Below the pieces are notes generated by a model. It was given only the letters and a program-made list of their open reading frames with translations. It searched no databases and was not told where the DNA came from. From Podarcis erhardii (Eukaryota): a stretch of DNA of 64,000 bases. A program made the position numbers and the translations under genes. Location of the stretch: the NCBI GenBank assembly GCA_964252035.1, contig OZ176201.1; one strand, written 5' to 3'. Shown here one piece after another: positions 38,938 to 52,076 of the stretch (the first letter of the stretch is position 1; the number at the start of each line of letters is the position of its first letter).

Positions 38938-39018
38938 TGGGAAGCCCATGTCTGTGAGCTGTTTTATCAGACGGTTCATGATCCAGGCCTCATCTTGCTT
39001 ACTAGATGTCTTCATGCC
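38938..39018 (-). CDS. TNRC6C: TNRC6C exon, UBA domain start (GMKTSSKQDEAWIMNRLIKQLTDMGFP), 81 nt
   Basis: Not in the ORF track; found by reading. Acceptor ttttctcag|GGC; donor CCA|gtgagt; contains the UBA MGF motif; phase 0-0. Confidence 0.94.
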
Positions 39019-39685
39019 CTGAGAAAATGAATTGAGAGGAAAAATGGAAAACTTTTAAACAAGAAAACCCTACACTCAATTTAATTCAACAGGACTTACT
39101 TCTAGGTAACAGTATATAGGATTGCAGTCTAAATTTCTTTATAAGTTACTTTAAAGCTGAAAGTGGAGGCTTTCAGGTTTACACAAATCTTATTCTATTA
39201 TTCTTATTAATCTTTCTTATACAATCAGCTGAGAAAGATTCCTACTTTCTACCTTTGTTGGACAGCAGAGAAATAGCTTATCACACGTGTTAGCAAGCAG
39301 ACATGCAATATGACCTGTAAACCTCTTGTGTCCCTTATTTGTCAGAACTCATTCTATGTGCTCTTTGCATAAATGTTGAAATACTGCAAAAATCAGATCT
39401 GCTTGTGTCTGTAAAGAACACATGACTGACATCTACACCAGGGTGCAAAGGAATCTGTTAGGCAGGGCCATAGCATATCAACTGATTCTCTAGTCCATTC
39501 CAGCTTTCCAACACCATTTGAACATGACAAGTGATGGTAACTACAGGATAACAATCTTATTGTAGTGCTTTTTGAAAATGATGACTTTCATACTTTTATA
39601 AAACAGTTTGATAAAGTATAAAAAAATAAGTGCACGAACCATCTCATCTTACTGATTTTTATAACCCAGCTGTGCTTAGTCTTAC

Positions 39686-39855
39686 CTTTTGAAGTCCTTT
39701 CTTTGGAGCATTTCCCCAGGAGCTACAAGAGGAATTACTCTCTTGTGAAGCAGTATTATTCCACATATCTCCTTCTTCATCTTCCCACTGACTTGTACTG
39801 AGATTTACTTCATCTCCACCACTGCCCCAGCCTTCTTGCATAGAAGATTTAGAAG
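39686..39855 (-). CDS. TNRC6C: TNRC6C exon (ASKSSMQEGWGSGGDE…KKGLQK), 170 nt
   Basis: Acceptor cctacag|CTT; donor CAAAAG|gtaaga; phase 1-0. Confidence 0.94.
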
Positions 39856-40472
39856 CTGTAGGAGGAATGGAACATTTCAGTTGACCTTCCTATACTTTAA
39901 AATCAATGGGCTTCGTTCACATGTATGAGTCAAGACTTAGCACAAACATGTGGGATCTCGCTGAGAAGGTAGCAACCACTTTGCTCCTCCCTCCAGCACT
40001 GCTGCACCACTGTGAACCAAATCATGGATTGGCTTAGTGGCTTATTCATCTGAACCTAGGCCTTTGATGTGTCTCATTCCAGACAAATCATGAATGAAAA
40101 GTCATTGCTCAGAGTGAGAAAAACCACAAGCCTGGGTTCAGGAAACACACTAGGCCAAATCACAAGAAGCTGACAGCAGGAGTAATGTGCCCACTATTTC
40201 CTCTCTAGGACCCCAGACGCTCAGGTCACACTAAGCATTATGTGCGAGTCAATATATTTGGAAATTTTGTCGAGCTTGTTCTGTATTTTACTATTTGGAG
40301 AGTTTATGTCTGAATTAATAAAAAGAGCATAGGTTATACATGTTGGCCTGTTGTTGGTTGTACAAGTGATCAAGCAGAATACCTGTTTAAGCTAAAAAAA
40401 GTAATCTATATGAAAACAGAGCTATAATTCTTCTTGCGAACTCAGCCAAGGCAAGTCAACACACACACTTAC

Positions 40473-40679
40473 CTGGTTTGCACAGTACTGGGGCAGCAGC
40501 TGGTGCACTTGCTCTTCCATATGACCCTGCTGACTCAGCAGAGTTATCTCCCCACCCTGTACCGCTGCTGGGAGGCTTTCCCCATGCTGAAGTGCCATTA
40601 TCAACTGCAGCAGAAGGGGAGGAAGGCTCTCCCCATGAAGCTTCAGGCTTTGCATGGATAGCAGGCATCTCTCCCCAGC
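40473..40679 (-). CDS. TNRC6C: TNRC6C exon ([22 protein letters not shown]…VLCKP), 207 nt
   Basis: Acceptor tttcagcag|GCTGG (tandem NAGNAG); donor AAACCAG|gtaagt; phase 1-1. Confidence 0.93.
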
Positions 40680-40769
40680 CTGCTGAAATCAGAAATGGGG
40701 GGGGGGGACATGGTTAGAGGAAACAAAGAAACATAAAATCAACTTTTCAGACTACATCTCCGGAAATCG

Positions 40770-40770
<1 letters not shown>

Positions 40771-40800
<30 letters not shown>

Positions 40801-40808
40801 CATACATA
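40771..40808. repeat. (TACA)n microsatellite
   Basis: Direct reading; ~90 bp upstream of the exon 40679 acceptor. Confidence 0.97.
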
Positions 40809-43203
40809 ACTAGCTATGGACAACTTTTAAACATGAAGCAACTGGGGGAGAGAGGATTTAATTAAGACAGACCCATTTCATTTCCTCTTCAAGAAAGAAT
40901 ATACCTGTGCACAGTAAGAATAACTTGCTGAAATTGTGAAGGAAGTGGTGCCTGCATCATAATAAGAAACAGCACCTGTGGATTCTTTTGGATGACTGAG
41001 TCACAAGCATTCCCTACCTCCTACAAAATGCCAATTGATTATGATAATAAGACACATCAGATCAAATAAATGAAGATGTAGACACCACAGTGCCCTCCAG
41101 ATGTTATTGGATAAACTGCCACGGGCTGATGGGAGATGGACTCAAACAATATCCGGTAGGTACTATCTTGGCTACACCTGGCTGGAGTAATGTGTGTCTT
41201 GAGAACATATATGAAGCAGTTATTAAATCTGGGAACTAAAACCAAAGTGATTTTTAAAGAAATTAGATGATTGGACCACATACTGAGTATGCCTTGATTT
41301 GATCCAGAGCAATAGGTTACTATCACAGTGTCAGAATGTTGTGTGTTTTACAAGGATAACATGGTCACTGGAGGAAGGAGTAAACATGAGAAAAGTAATT
41401 TACAACTTGAGATCAGATAATAAACAGAGTTTGCATGCAGTGACTATCTAAATTATTATTGTATTATATAGGGAAGACTCCCCCAGCTTTCACTTATTGT
41501 TATGAGCTGTCCAAAGAACACTGTCGTTGGGCAGCATGCAGATACTATAAAAAATGAAACAAAAGTCCCTGATCAGGAGCCAAGGATGGACTGAGTTGGC
41601 TATGGAACATGGTCAGTGGTATCAGAGCAGAAGTGGCAGAGTTGCTCTTCCACTGTCCCGATGAAGGTTGCCTTTCCCATGCACTGTAACCCCACACATT
41701 GAAAACAGCTCCTCCATGCTACAACTAGGCTTGAAAACACTGTAGCCAACCGAGGGCTGTTTTCAAGCATAATTGCTGCATTGGGCAGCTGCAGCTGGGG
41801 AGAGGTTAATCCTCCCCATCTTTAGGGTTCATGATCACCTCTGGCAATTTGGTTTGAAACAAGCTAAAAGGCTTTCCCAAAAATAGTTGCCGGGGGAGTG
41901 ATGCATGTGTGCTATGTGTATACTATACGACTGTGTGTGTGATGTGTGAGAATGTGGGGTGGTTGCAGGAAGATCATCGTTACGATCCGCATTTGCTCTC
42001 CTTTTACAGAATTCTGTCTATCATTCACCATTATCCTCGGTTTCTTGCAGCTGATGTATCTTTGTTTAGGGTGGCTTTCTGTAATGTACCGGTAAGAAGC
42101 TTTGAGGCAGAAAAATGGTCCTGCACCAAACAGAAACATAGTAATTGCTTTGAGCCATCCTACGTTCCTAAACAGCTTGTAAGCTGACTAGGAGTTGACA
42201 TCTTAATGATCAGCCCTTCCTTCTCTAGTAAAATCCTCATGCTTCTTTTCCAAAAGGGACCTTTACCACAGGAGGCAACACTGCAAGGTCAAACGTCATG
42301 CTGCTGTTTACCAAAGCCAGGCTCTAATGCAGTAGGTCTGGCTTGGTTAATCACAGACAGCATACATCATTCCACTAATCACCTGGCCGCTAGCCAACAG
42401 TGGAGGAAAAATCACTTGTTAGCTTTGGGTCTCAGACCTGTCTTTTTTAAGATAAGTCTTCTCTAAGAGCTGCAGCATGTTGAAGTAACGTGATTAATTT
42501 TAGATTCTTATTTTGAATTTATTTTCATGGCAGACTTCAAAAGATCAGATTCTGATCTTCTCTTATTCAGGCACAAAGAGAAAGAAAATTAAAGCAGAGC
42601 TATCTAGAAAATAACATTTGTTAACTGTGTGTGATCTGGGAGCTGTGGTATTGGAAGGTGTTTCCCCATGCGTTTGGTTCAAATCCTTGTTTAACGTTCA
42701 AATGGGCAAGTCTTTATTTCCAGGTCTGTGTGTAAAACAGGAGTTACCTCAGGGGTATCCTTACTGTAAGGATATCTAATGGGGGAGGGAAACCTCTGGC
42801 CTGTGGGCCAAATTTGGCCTGGCATGGGTCCCAATTTGGTCCCCGAGGCCAACTTCCCCAAATCATGGCCACCTGCCCTACGTATGTGAGACCAGGTAGA
42901 GATGTGGCTAGACTGTTTGGAAATTGTCAAGGTGCTTTTGCCTGCTTTTGTGTGGGATGGGGGTGGTTCTGAGCATTGCCAGGTTGTTTTCTGTAACCTG
43001 GGTATTTTGTAGTGCTCACACCAGTTCTTAGATTTCCATATGTGCCCTTGGGCTCAGAAAGGTATATTGTGTAATACACTAAGACAAGGGTAGCCAGTGT
43101 GGTGGACTGCAACTGCTTTCATTCTTGACCACTGCACACACTGGTTAAGCTAATAGGAGCTACTCCTGCTCCAAGGTATTTTATGGGAGTGAAGCTAACT
43201 GCA

Positions 43204-43244
43204 AAGACTGTGGAGGAGCTACCCTAAGACTGTGGAGGAGCTAC
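43204..43244. repeat. 19-bp direct repeat with 3-bp spacer
   Basis: aagactgtggaggagctac x2. Confidence 0.9.
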
Positions 43245-44451
43245 TGGGACTAGCGAGAGGAGGGGAGGACCTGTGAAGTAGCAAAAGGAGGCAAGCAGCC
43301 TAAGATAGGAACATAGAAAAGGAGAGAACTGAAGAGTTGATGCCAGATGGAGGTGTTTGTGTAGTGGAGACTGGAGAAAGAATAGTCTGTTCATAAGGCA
43401 TGGGGAGCTTCAGGGATAAGGAAATATAAAGTTGAAAAACAGATTTGAAATAGCCAGCCCAATCTTTGGCTAGATGCCTCTCACGTGGAGTTAAAAGGCT
43501 TTCCCTCATTTCTGCCTTCATTCTGTGGTCATATATTGACATACATGTTGGCATAGAAGAAATTAAGTCTCATTAATTATTAGAAAGGAAGCTAGAATGC
43601 ACAATTTAAAGAGCTCTGAGTCTTTGCAACAGTACATTTAACCTCAAGCTGAATACTGCAATTTCCACTGCAACATGTATTCATTTATTAAGTACAAAGA
43701 AAGAGGGACCAGCTTCCCTGGGTTCTCTTTAAATTCAATAATAATGATTAATCACTACCAATCTGTAATGTATAAGCCATTTTGTTAAATACATTGTGTT
43801 TTGAGCCACACAATGTTATGTAAATTATTACGCACAACAAGGGAGTTCATGCCCTGGCAAATTACATGTAATTACATGAAAACAATAACATGTGTTACGA
43901 CACCCATAGTTTGTAAAGTTCTCAAGAGATCAAATCAAGTGCAAAAAATTGCAGTGTTGAATATGACGGCAGTTAGTTAGAAAAATCTTTAAACAGTAAC
44001 TTGGGTATTGCTGACGTTTGAATCCCTGAAACAATTCAAACTCCACTGGGGGTTTCAGAACGGTTATGTATATTTGCATTTCTTAAGTAACACACTCTCT
44101 CTCACACACTACCTTCAATCCAATGAAGCATATTACTAATGATATTTCATAGGCTCACAGGATCAGATAGCTGAGTCTCTTTAGAAGTACTGCATTGGAG
44201 GATGACAGTGGGAGATCTCCACTGGGGATGAATTTCGGCATGATATTTCTTCTGATTTTTTAAATACCCCAGTCATTTATGTTTCATCCCTCAAAATAAA
44301 CTGACTCACTACTGGTAGAAGGCATTCCTTGATGACCCAGACAAAGAACTATTCCATAACATTAACCTGCTTTTCCCAACATTAAGGCAGACTTATTTTT
44401 AAAAGGGCTACAGCTGTCTGGTTGATGACAGGGTAACATACTTTATTTCAG

Positions 44452-44586
44452 CAGAGGCCTACCTGTTGCCTTCCAGGTGTTGCTGGACTACAACTCCCAT
44501 CATCCCTGACACTGGCCATGCTGTTTGTGGCTGATGGGAATTCTGAGTCCAAAAACATATGGAAGGCCATATGTTAGCCACCACTG
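44452..44586. mobile_element. hAT-like palindromic MITE, diverged
   Basis: Core ccttccaggtgttgctggactacaactcccatcatccctg…gatgggaatt. Confidence 0.72.
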
Positions 44587-44653
44587 CTTTATTTCATTGT
44601 AGCTAGAAAGTCAACAAGTAACTGATTTATTAGAATTCAACAGTCCCAATTTT

Positions 44654-44778
44654 AAGAATCATGGAATTGTAGAGTTGGAAGGAACTCCTGAGGGTCATCT
44701 AGTCTCAACTAAAGCATCCATGACAGATGGGCATCCAACCTCTGCTTAAAAACCTCCAAGGAAGGAGTGCCCACTAGC
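44654..44778 (-). mobile_element. CR1 LINE 3' end fragment
   Basis: aagaatcatggaattgtagagttggaagg…gggcatccaacctctgcttaaaaacctccaaggaaggag. Confidence 0.75.
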
Positions 44779-47004
44779 TATGAATTCCCCACATGACCTG
44801 GGACAAGCAACAATGTTTACACTTTATAGATACCTATGACTAAAATAAAGGTATGTGGGTGCTTTTGGATCCACATGTATAACTAAAGGTGGATAATATA
44901 CTTCATAATTTTGTTTACATTCCACGGATACACTGTAATTGAATTGTAAGAAGATATAATAGAAGGGGAAAGCTCATCCTGCAAGGGGCAGTGAGAAGTA
45001 ATTTGGCACTCACCTCTCACTTTGTTATGTCTGCACTATTGCTGAAAATAAGCCAGAGAAATGGCTTTCTTATCTTACAGTACCTCACCAGGACAACATC
45101 CTTACTAGAGGAACACTTCAAAGCACAGAGGAAACAGAGGACAGACAAAGAGAATAAATCATCGGGTAGACAAAAACATCAGTAAATGAAGGGTTTTGTG
45201 CTGTCATCTTATTTGCTGGAACTGTTTATGTTGTCTGTCTAGCCCAGCTAGGATAGAAAGCCAAAGTGGCATTAATCCAGGTTTTTACTTTTCTATGCAC
45301 ATATAGGCTTCATTTGTTACATGCAGGGTGCAAACTTCCATTTCAAATGTGGCTATATAATGTCTCAATAAAGATTTATGATTCTATACATGCTTTGGGG
45401 GACCAAAGAATAACTTAGGTCTATATATTTTAAGTTAGTTTGCTGTGTTTTAATATCTTTTTACAGCCTTTACAAAAAGGCTGATACTACGGAATAGTAG
45501 CTCCACACAATGAACTATAAAAGACCACAGAAATATTTAATTCTGAGACAATGAGAAATTTAAAATATCTTACATAAACAGCCTTTTTCTAGTGCAACTC
45601 TTGTAGCTTACAATATAAATAGATTCTATTAGTCACTGGGGGCATTTAAATGACTCAAAGTAAGAGATTTTCATGTCTTATTAAGGTCACCACATCACAT
45701 TACTAGAGTTTTAAGTTACATTCAGATTGTGTTGTGTTTTCATGCTAGTTTCCCCAAACGGGAAGTACTGCTGAACTCAGCTGTGCAATTCATTAGGAGC
45801 TGGCACTGAAATAATGTTGTGGAGGAGAGGTGTAATCTCTTGTCCTTCACCATGCAGATAATCTGCCATCTGAAGTGTGGCTTCTCTGTAAACTCCTGGT
45901 CACACAGAAGCCTCTCCCTCTGGGAGAAGAGGCATTTGTGTGGATGACCCAGCTCACATGGGTAGTTTTCTACATAGTGGAGGTGAGGGGCTTATATTGG
46001 GGCCAAATCAACAGCAAGAATCGGGACTACCCCAAACACATATTGCAGATGAGCCTGAAAATCTCAGCTTTCCTTTAAAAGAAACCAAAAAGGTTTCTAG
46101 GCTATGTGGCTGTAAAGAAAGGCCTGTAAATATAACTGCACTAGGTAGTTGTGAGGAAAGATGATGGGGCAAGCTATAGGCATCTTTTGGATTCAGTCAG
46201 AGAGAAGGGGAAAACTCATACCTTAGCCCTTCTTTGTAGCTACCATTTATTTCCCTGTTACATACTGCTTTCTAGCCACCCCAGCTGCCTGTCTCTTCTG
46301 CCTTGCTCACGAAAAGACCCGTTTTTCTAAGCAGGCAACTGCTTATGAGGGGAGTTCCAACATGCACCAGTAGAGCAAATCCACCCCTCCTGTCAATACA
46401 TCCTCACTGTATTGAGCTCCACACCAGCTCGCCCTGTCCCACAAGATAAGTGGCAGTGACACACCTGCTGGGAAGCTAGCACTGCAGCTTTGCCCCACTG
46501 GGTGAGTCGCTACTGCTGGTATATTACTATATAACTTGTAACAAATGCTGCTATTATTGATCCAGAAAAACATTGATTTAGAATATCTGGATAGCCTTGT
46601 CCAAGTCCCTCCTGCTTATGTAAACTCAGCAGTCTGCACACAGTAAATGTACAGGAGAGTCGCTTTGTGGATGCAATTTAGGGTAGTGGGGAAGAGTCAT
46701 AGCTACCATCTCATTCAGCCATATACCATCGCTTCATTTATGATTGAAAACTGAAAATATCAAACAGTGTTTTCATGGATGAATTCAACTGCTGATCCCT
46801 AAATATATGGAGCTGAGATTGTAGCTGTACCAGTTGCTGGCACTTCTGTGACTCAGGCTACTCTCATCTCTGTATCAACTCTGCCTTCTATACTGGCTCG
46901 TGGGAGGGGGCTGGCTGGTATTTGGGGCTGCAGGGTTGTGACATATCCCACATAGGAACACCCTGCACACAAGGGTCTGGACTCCTCAATCCCCAGGGGC
47001 ACTG

Positions 47005-47039
<35 letters not shown>

Positions 47040-47040
47040 T
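47005..47040. repeat. (TG)n(CG)n alternating purine-pyrimidine tract
   Basis: Direct reading. Confidence 0.95.
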
Positions 47041-47215
47041 TGATAATGGATTTATCAATTGGCCAGGCATGCCTTGGCCACAACACAGTGACAAGGAGGG
47101 TCCATTGCTCATATTATGGGGAAAAGGTAGGGGGATCTTAATGAAATCTATAAATCCCACCCCTCTGACTGTCCCCAAATTTAGATCTATTATGACCCCC
47201 ACACAATGCATTTTA

Positions 47216-47295
47216 CAGGGTGATTCCTTGAAAAGAGGCCCCGTGGATGCAGAGTACACATGTTCCACGGGGCCTCTTTTAAAAGACTCACCCTG
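47216..47295. mobile_element. 80-bp mariner-like MITE (CAGGGTG termini), near-perfect hairpin
   Basis: 32-bp arms with 29/32 identity, 16-nt spacer; TA on the left, TG on the right. Confidence 0.75.
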
Positions 47296-49487
47296 TGGAA
47301 CAGCAGCTGATGTGGTTAGCACAAAGGGTAAGGGGACAAGATACTTTTGCCCCTGTAAGGCCCTACATCAGGGCAGACGGTCACAGCTGTTCCATCATGG
47401 TTCACAGCTGCTTGCCCACATGTGAAGCTTCCAGGGCACTTGGTAGGGGTTGAATCATGCCCACTTCGTAGAGATGTCCATATCCCACTAAAGGATTGAA
47501 TAGTTATTTTTAATGCTGAAGTAATAGGTGCTTTAAAATCTTCCTACCCAACTTGATGATATGTCACTACTTAAACCAATGAGCTTGAGTACAGGTAGCT
47601 CATCTACCTTCATGTGACTATAAATGTAGTAAAGTCAGGAAAACTCAGGATTCTAGAGATAGGACTGATAAGAAACCGTATCAAATCTGGTCAAAGGGTT
47701 ACAAAATTTCTAGGGGCATGGGATCCAAGTACATAAGACATTCAGAATGGATAAAATCTCCTCCAAAAATATTTTCTTAAAAATTATCAAGTGAAATAGG
47801 GAAAATGGCACAAAGACATTAAAATTGGGGGGGGGGGGGGATAAGCATTAATGATTAGGAGCCGCATTCATCTGGTAGTGGTAAGTTAAAACTTGAGGAT
47901 TGGCTAAAAGTACAAAGGATTGTCAAAGGCTTTCTTCACTGCTGCAAAAAAATGGAAGTTTTTAAATACTAGGACAACACAAACTACAGCTAATTATTTT
48001 GTTCAGCAAAAAATAGAAAGTAAACACAGAGTTTTCTATTTCTCAAGACAAAAATATCTTTGTATGAGATAATGAATAAAAATCACTGGTTCAACAACTA
48101 AGCAGCCTCTTGGGTAACAGCCACAATTGCAGAAATGTGTCTTTGGCAGGAGACAGCCAGAGTAACAGAAACAGATGGATAGTGTCGGAGAATGCACATC
48201 AAAGAGGGACAAACAGCAACAGAACAAAGAAAGTAAATTCAAAAACATGATGAAATTATATCTTACCATATAATATTTTTGTAAGAAAAAAGTCATGCTG
48301 CAGTTTGTGTGGCTGCCAATAGGTGGCCATGAGAACAGCAGCGACAACAGCAGGCAGAGCAAGGGAGCAGAGCAGACAGGCTGGCAGCACAAGTGAGGGA
48401 GCTGGCAGAGCAAAGCGGCAGGTGGGTTACCCAGGAAGGCCTCCCCCTGTTCTGTCTGCAGCCACTGCCACCTGGGAAACCTGGGGTTTGAACGAGCAGG
48501 CAGGCTGTCCAGCAGAGTGAGCATGCACCCTGGCAGACCTTCATGTGCTCCCTGTCTTTGCTGCTACTGCCCAATGTTTGCCAAAAACTCCCCCCTCTCC
48601 TCACAACTTGCCTCAAACCACTGCAGTATGAGGCAAAGGGGAGAAAGACTTTCTCCTCTTCATTCCCCTTTCGTCTGCAAGTGGCAGCAGGATCTTGGGA
48701 TGGGGCAAGCTGTGAGGGTATGGGGGTGTTTTGGGGGATGCGGATCTGCAACTGGGGTGGCAACAGTTAAGACAGATTAAATGAGGTGTGAGGGGATGGG
48801 GAGCTTTGAGTGAAAGAAGGGGATTGGCAAAGGGATTGGGGGAGTTGGCAAGCAATGTGAGCCACAGCAACGCTCCCTAATGAAGATGATATTGTCAGAT
48901 ATGTCCTATGAAGGGATAGTGATCTGACAAGCATGTGCAGATGAACTGACAACCATTATGTCCCATAGAATTGCCAGATTATGGCTTTAAACACACCTAC
49001 TTGGCTATGTATATTTTAAAACAAGGTATTAGTATCACTAGCCAATTACCAAAATCATTTCATAATCTGATAATTCTTTATACCTTTTTGATTTTTTTCT
49101 CCATCCTTAGTAAAACAATTATTATCGTAACCATAATTTCAAAAGAAAGATGATCCACAGACTGATCTAATGGCATGCTGTCTGCATCTTTTATCCTTTT
49201 GCATATCATTTCTCATATATGTAATTTTCATCTGGTCACCCTAACTTAGCCTCTTGTGTCTGCCCTGCCTGTGTGCTGTAATTCAGAATGGAAAATGAAA
49301 TGATAAATTTTAATAGCAATGAGTATTTTGGACACCTTTTTATACCTTATTCGTATTAAATACAAACTTATCCTTAAGGCAGGAAGTATAGCTTGAATAT
49401 AAACAAATAATGCCTACATCATACTTATTAAAGTTTCTTTCCAAAAGGTAGCATACATATTTTGAGAAAACAAAAGCTGTATCATAC

Positions 49488-52076
49488 CTGGACCAAGCAG
49501 CGGGGATCGGTTTGACTGGGCACTTGACTGGTGCGGTGGCTGAGGCTCAGCCATGTTTGCGTTGATAATGGTGGTGCTAGTGGTGGCGGTTGTGGTACTG
49601 CTCTGGATTACAGGATTGTTTCTATCCCACATGTTTACAGTCTTGTTGTTATTGTAATTTGGGTCACCCCAAGCTGAGGTACCATCATCAATCTCCATCT
49701 TGCGCCGAATGGATGGTGGAGAGGGCTCTTCCCACCCCGTTGCTTCACTACTATCTTTCTGTTTGGCTGGCACTGGTCCACCAACCCATCCTGATCCAGT
49801 CTGTTTAACAGAAGCAGCTCCTCCCCAATTACTCACGTTGTTGTCCTGGGATTTAGAAGCCCAATTCTGTTGAGGACCAGGTTTTAAAGATTCCCCCCAG
49901 CTCGTACCTGTATTAGCCTTGCTGTTTGTGCCATTTCCCCATCCAGTGGTCCCAGAACGCGTAGTATCATTCCAGCCAGACCCTGCTCTATTGTCAGTAT
50001 CCCATCCAGAACCATTCTTTTTCCCATCTCCCAAGTGTCCAGGGACAGATGAGGAATCAACCCAATCTCCACCCCCTGAAGTCCAGCCTGGATTCGATTT
50101 CTGTCCATCTCCCCAGTTTTGAGATTTGGGTTTCTGAGGTTCACCCCAAGTAGGCGACTTGTCCTCCTGATTTGTGGTCCCACTCCAAGTGTGGCCACTT
50201 TTGGCAGCAGCAGCATTATTGACAGCAGTAGAACTTGCCGGCTCTCCCCATCCCCCTGGGCCATTTGGCGCTTTGTTATTGTTGTCGCCCCAACCTGTAT
50301 TAGTTGGAACTGTTGCAGGTGGAGAGCTGACCCACCCAGATACTGAAGAGGTATTTGTACTGTTCATGATGGACCCATCATTCTTGCCCCCCGAGTTTGA
50401 AGGCTGAGTAGCTGCACAACCCCAGGCCTCAGTTCCATTGTCATTCTTTCGTTCAGACCTTGGGGATTCTTCAAATTCCCAGGCAGTGTTTTGTTTTACA
50501 GGAGTCTGTCCCCATCCAGTGTTGGACAGAACCCTTGGGTCAAGGTCATTCCTTGGCAACTGGACTTGTCCTTGGTCTAGCATTCCCTTGTCTCTTCTTC
50601 GAGCCTCTCCAGTTCCTTCCCTCCCAGTACTGCCTTCATTCTGACTCCCATTGCTATCATTACTGCCTTCACTACCTGTGTTGCCAGATGCTGCAGCTTT
50701 GGCCCAAGAGTTTATTTGTTCATTGCCCTGCTGCATGGCAGGATTCTGGCTGGTAACACTAGAACTATCCCACCCTGTTGATCCTTTCCCATTGATGTCA
50801 TTACTGGAATGCTGGTTTGGGGGCTTGCTCCATTCACCATTAATGCCATTACTGGTGCTGCGGCTTGGGTGGCCCCAAGCACCAGAATGCATATTACCAA
50901 CGCCACTGTTGCCACTGCCCCTGCCCCATGCTAAGATCCCAGGACCAGCGGGAGGCCCCGAATCCCATGCACTTGTTCCATTCCCTTCCTTTTGTACAGC
51001 ACTGCTGGATCCATTTTGTTTAGCACTTAATGCTGAGTTCACAGTGTCTCCATTCCCCTGACTGAACCCAGAATTGCTGTTTCCTGTGGCAGGATTACCT
51101 GGGGATATCCCCCACACTGAATTGCCCATTCCTTCACCACTTCCCCCACTGACTTGAGAAACTGATGTCCCATTAGCACCAGGAAGGCTTTGCAGGTGGG
51201 GCGGGATGATGGCCCCCATGCCAACAGCCATGCCCCAGTTCGGCAGTCCATTTGTCTGCATTGCATTGATAGGGTTTGGTGAAGAGTTCATNNNNNNNNN
51301 NNNNNNNNNNNNNNNNNNNNNNNNNNNNNNNNNNNNNNNNNNNNNNNNNNNNNNNNNNNNNNNNNNNNNNNNNNNNNNNNNNNNNNNNNNNNNNNNNNNN
51401 NNNNNNNNNNNNNNNNNNNNNNNNNNNNNNNTCCCATTCTGGTTGCCCATGTTCTGACCTATGGCACTGACTGGACTGCAAATACTGGAAGGGTTGCCTG
51501 CTCCCACAGTTCCTTCATGTCCGAGTACAGGCCAGGCAGCTGGATTGGCATTTGGATTAAGGTTAAGATTAATGCCAGCATTTGAGTTGGAAGCACCCCA
51601 GCAATTTTGACTTCTACCATCTCCAATCATGTTGTCCATCTTTCCATCCCCACCACTGGCAGAGCAATGAGCTAAGCCAGAGTTGGAACCTGTGGCAACA
51701 CCCCACACTCTGGCTGAATTTCCATTACCATTTGCTCCACCAGCTCCAAGGGCACTCTGGTTAGAAGTGCTTTGGATGAGTGCTCCATTGGTGCCATTAT
51801 TGCCATTGGGTTTCTTTGTATGTCCAGTGAAGTTGCCTTGGGCACTCCCTGTAGCCATGCTACTGTTCTCTGAGCCACAGTTGGAGGCAGAGTCAGTGTC
51901 TGTAGTACATTCTGAGGCAGATTCAGTCTCAGTTCCTGTAATGGAAGGCCACGCTTCCTTGTCAGTCCTGTCTATTATCACTTTATCCCAGCTGCAATTG
52001 GCTTCACTTCGGAAAGTGGGCTGCTGTCCCCAGTGAGTATTCTCATAATGGTCTCCCAATCCGCTGTGACCAAGGT
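49488..52076 (-). CDS. TNRC6C: TNRC6C large GW-repeat (Argonaute-binding) exon, 2589 nt
   Basis: Acceptor ttttcag|ACCTTG at 52077-78; donor CCAG|gtatga at 49486-87. Open frame DLGHSGLGDHYENTHWGQQPT…SNRSPLLGP with many GW/WG/SW motifs. Contains a 140-N gap; phase 1 at both ends. Confidence 0.95.
51292..51431. other. Assembly gap (140 N) inside the large exon
   Basis: Run of N; the reading frame is continuous across it. Confidence 0.99.

Larger units (their letters stand above)
2395..52076 (-). other. TNRC6C: TNRC6C (GW182 family) gene body, 5'-incomplete in this window
   Basis: Spliced translation gives GW/WG-rich N-terminus (…SSMATGSAQGNFTG…), UBA, Q-rich, PAM2 ([18 protein letters not shown]), RRM and C-terminal LLPGDLLSGESI*. 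These match recalled vertebrate TNRC6C rather than TNRC6A/B. About 1717 aa from the MATGSAQ Met (ATG at 51858), if a 120-nt exon is assumed in the gap. Confidence 0.96.

Noticed and set aside
46888-47425. 144-aa and 167-aa opposing ORFs
   Set aside because: They run through a TG/CG microsatellite and a palindromic MITE, which suppress stop codons.
48036-48870. Overlapping 156-162 aa ORFs in a GC-rich patch
   Set aside because: No recognisable domain or coherent splice sites; probably a decayed repeat or GC-rich chance ORFs.
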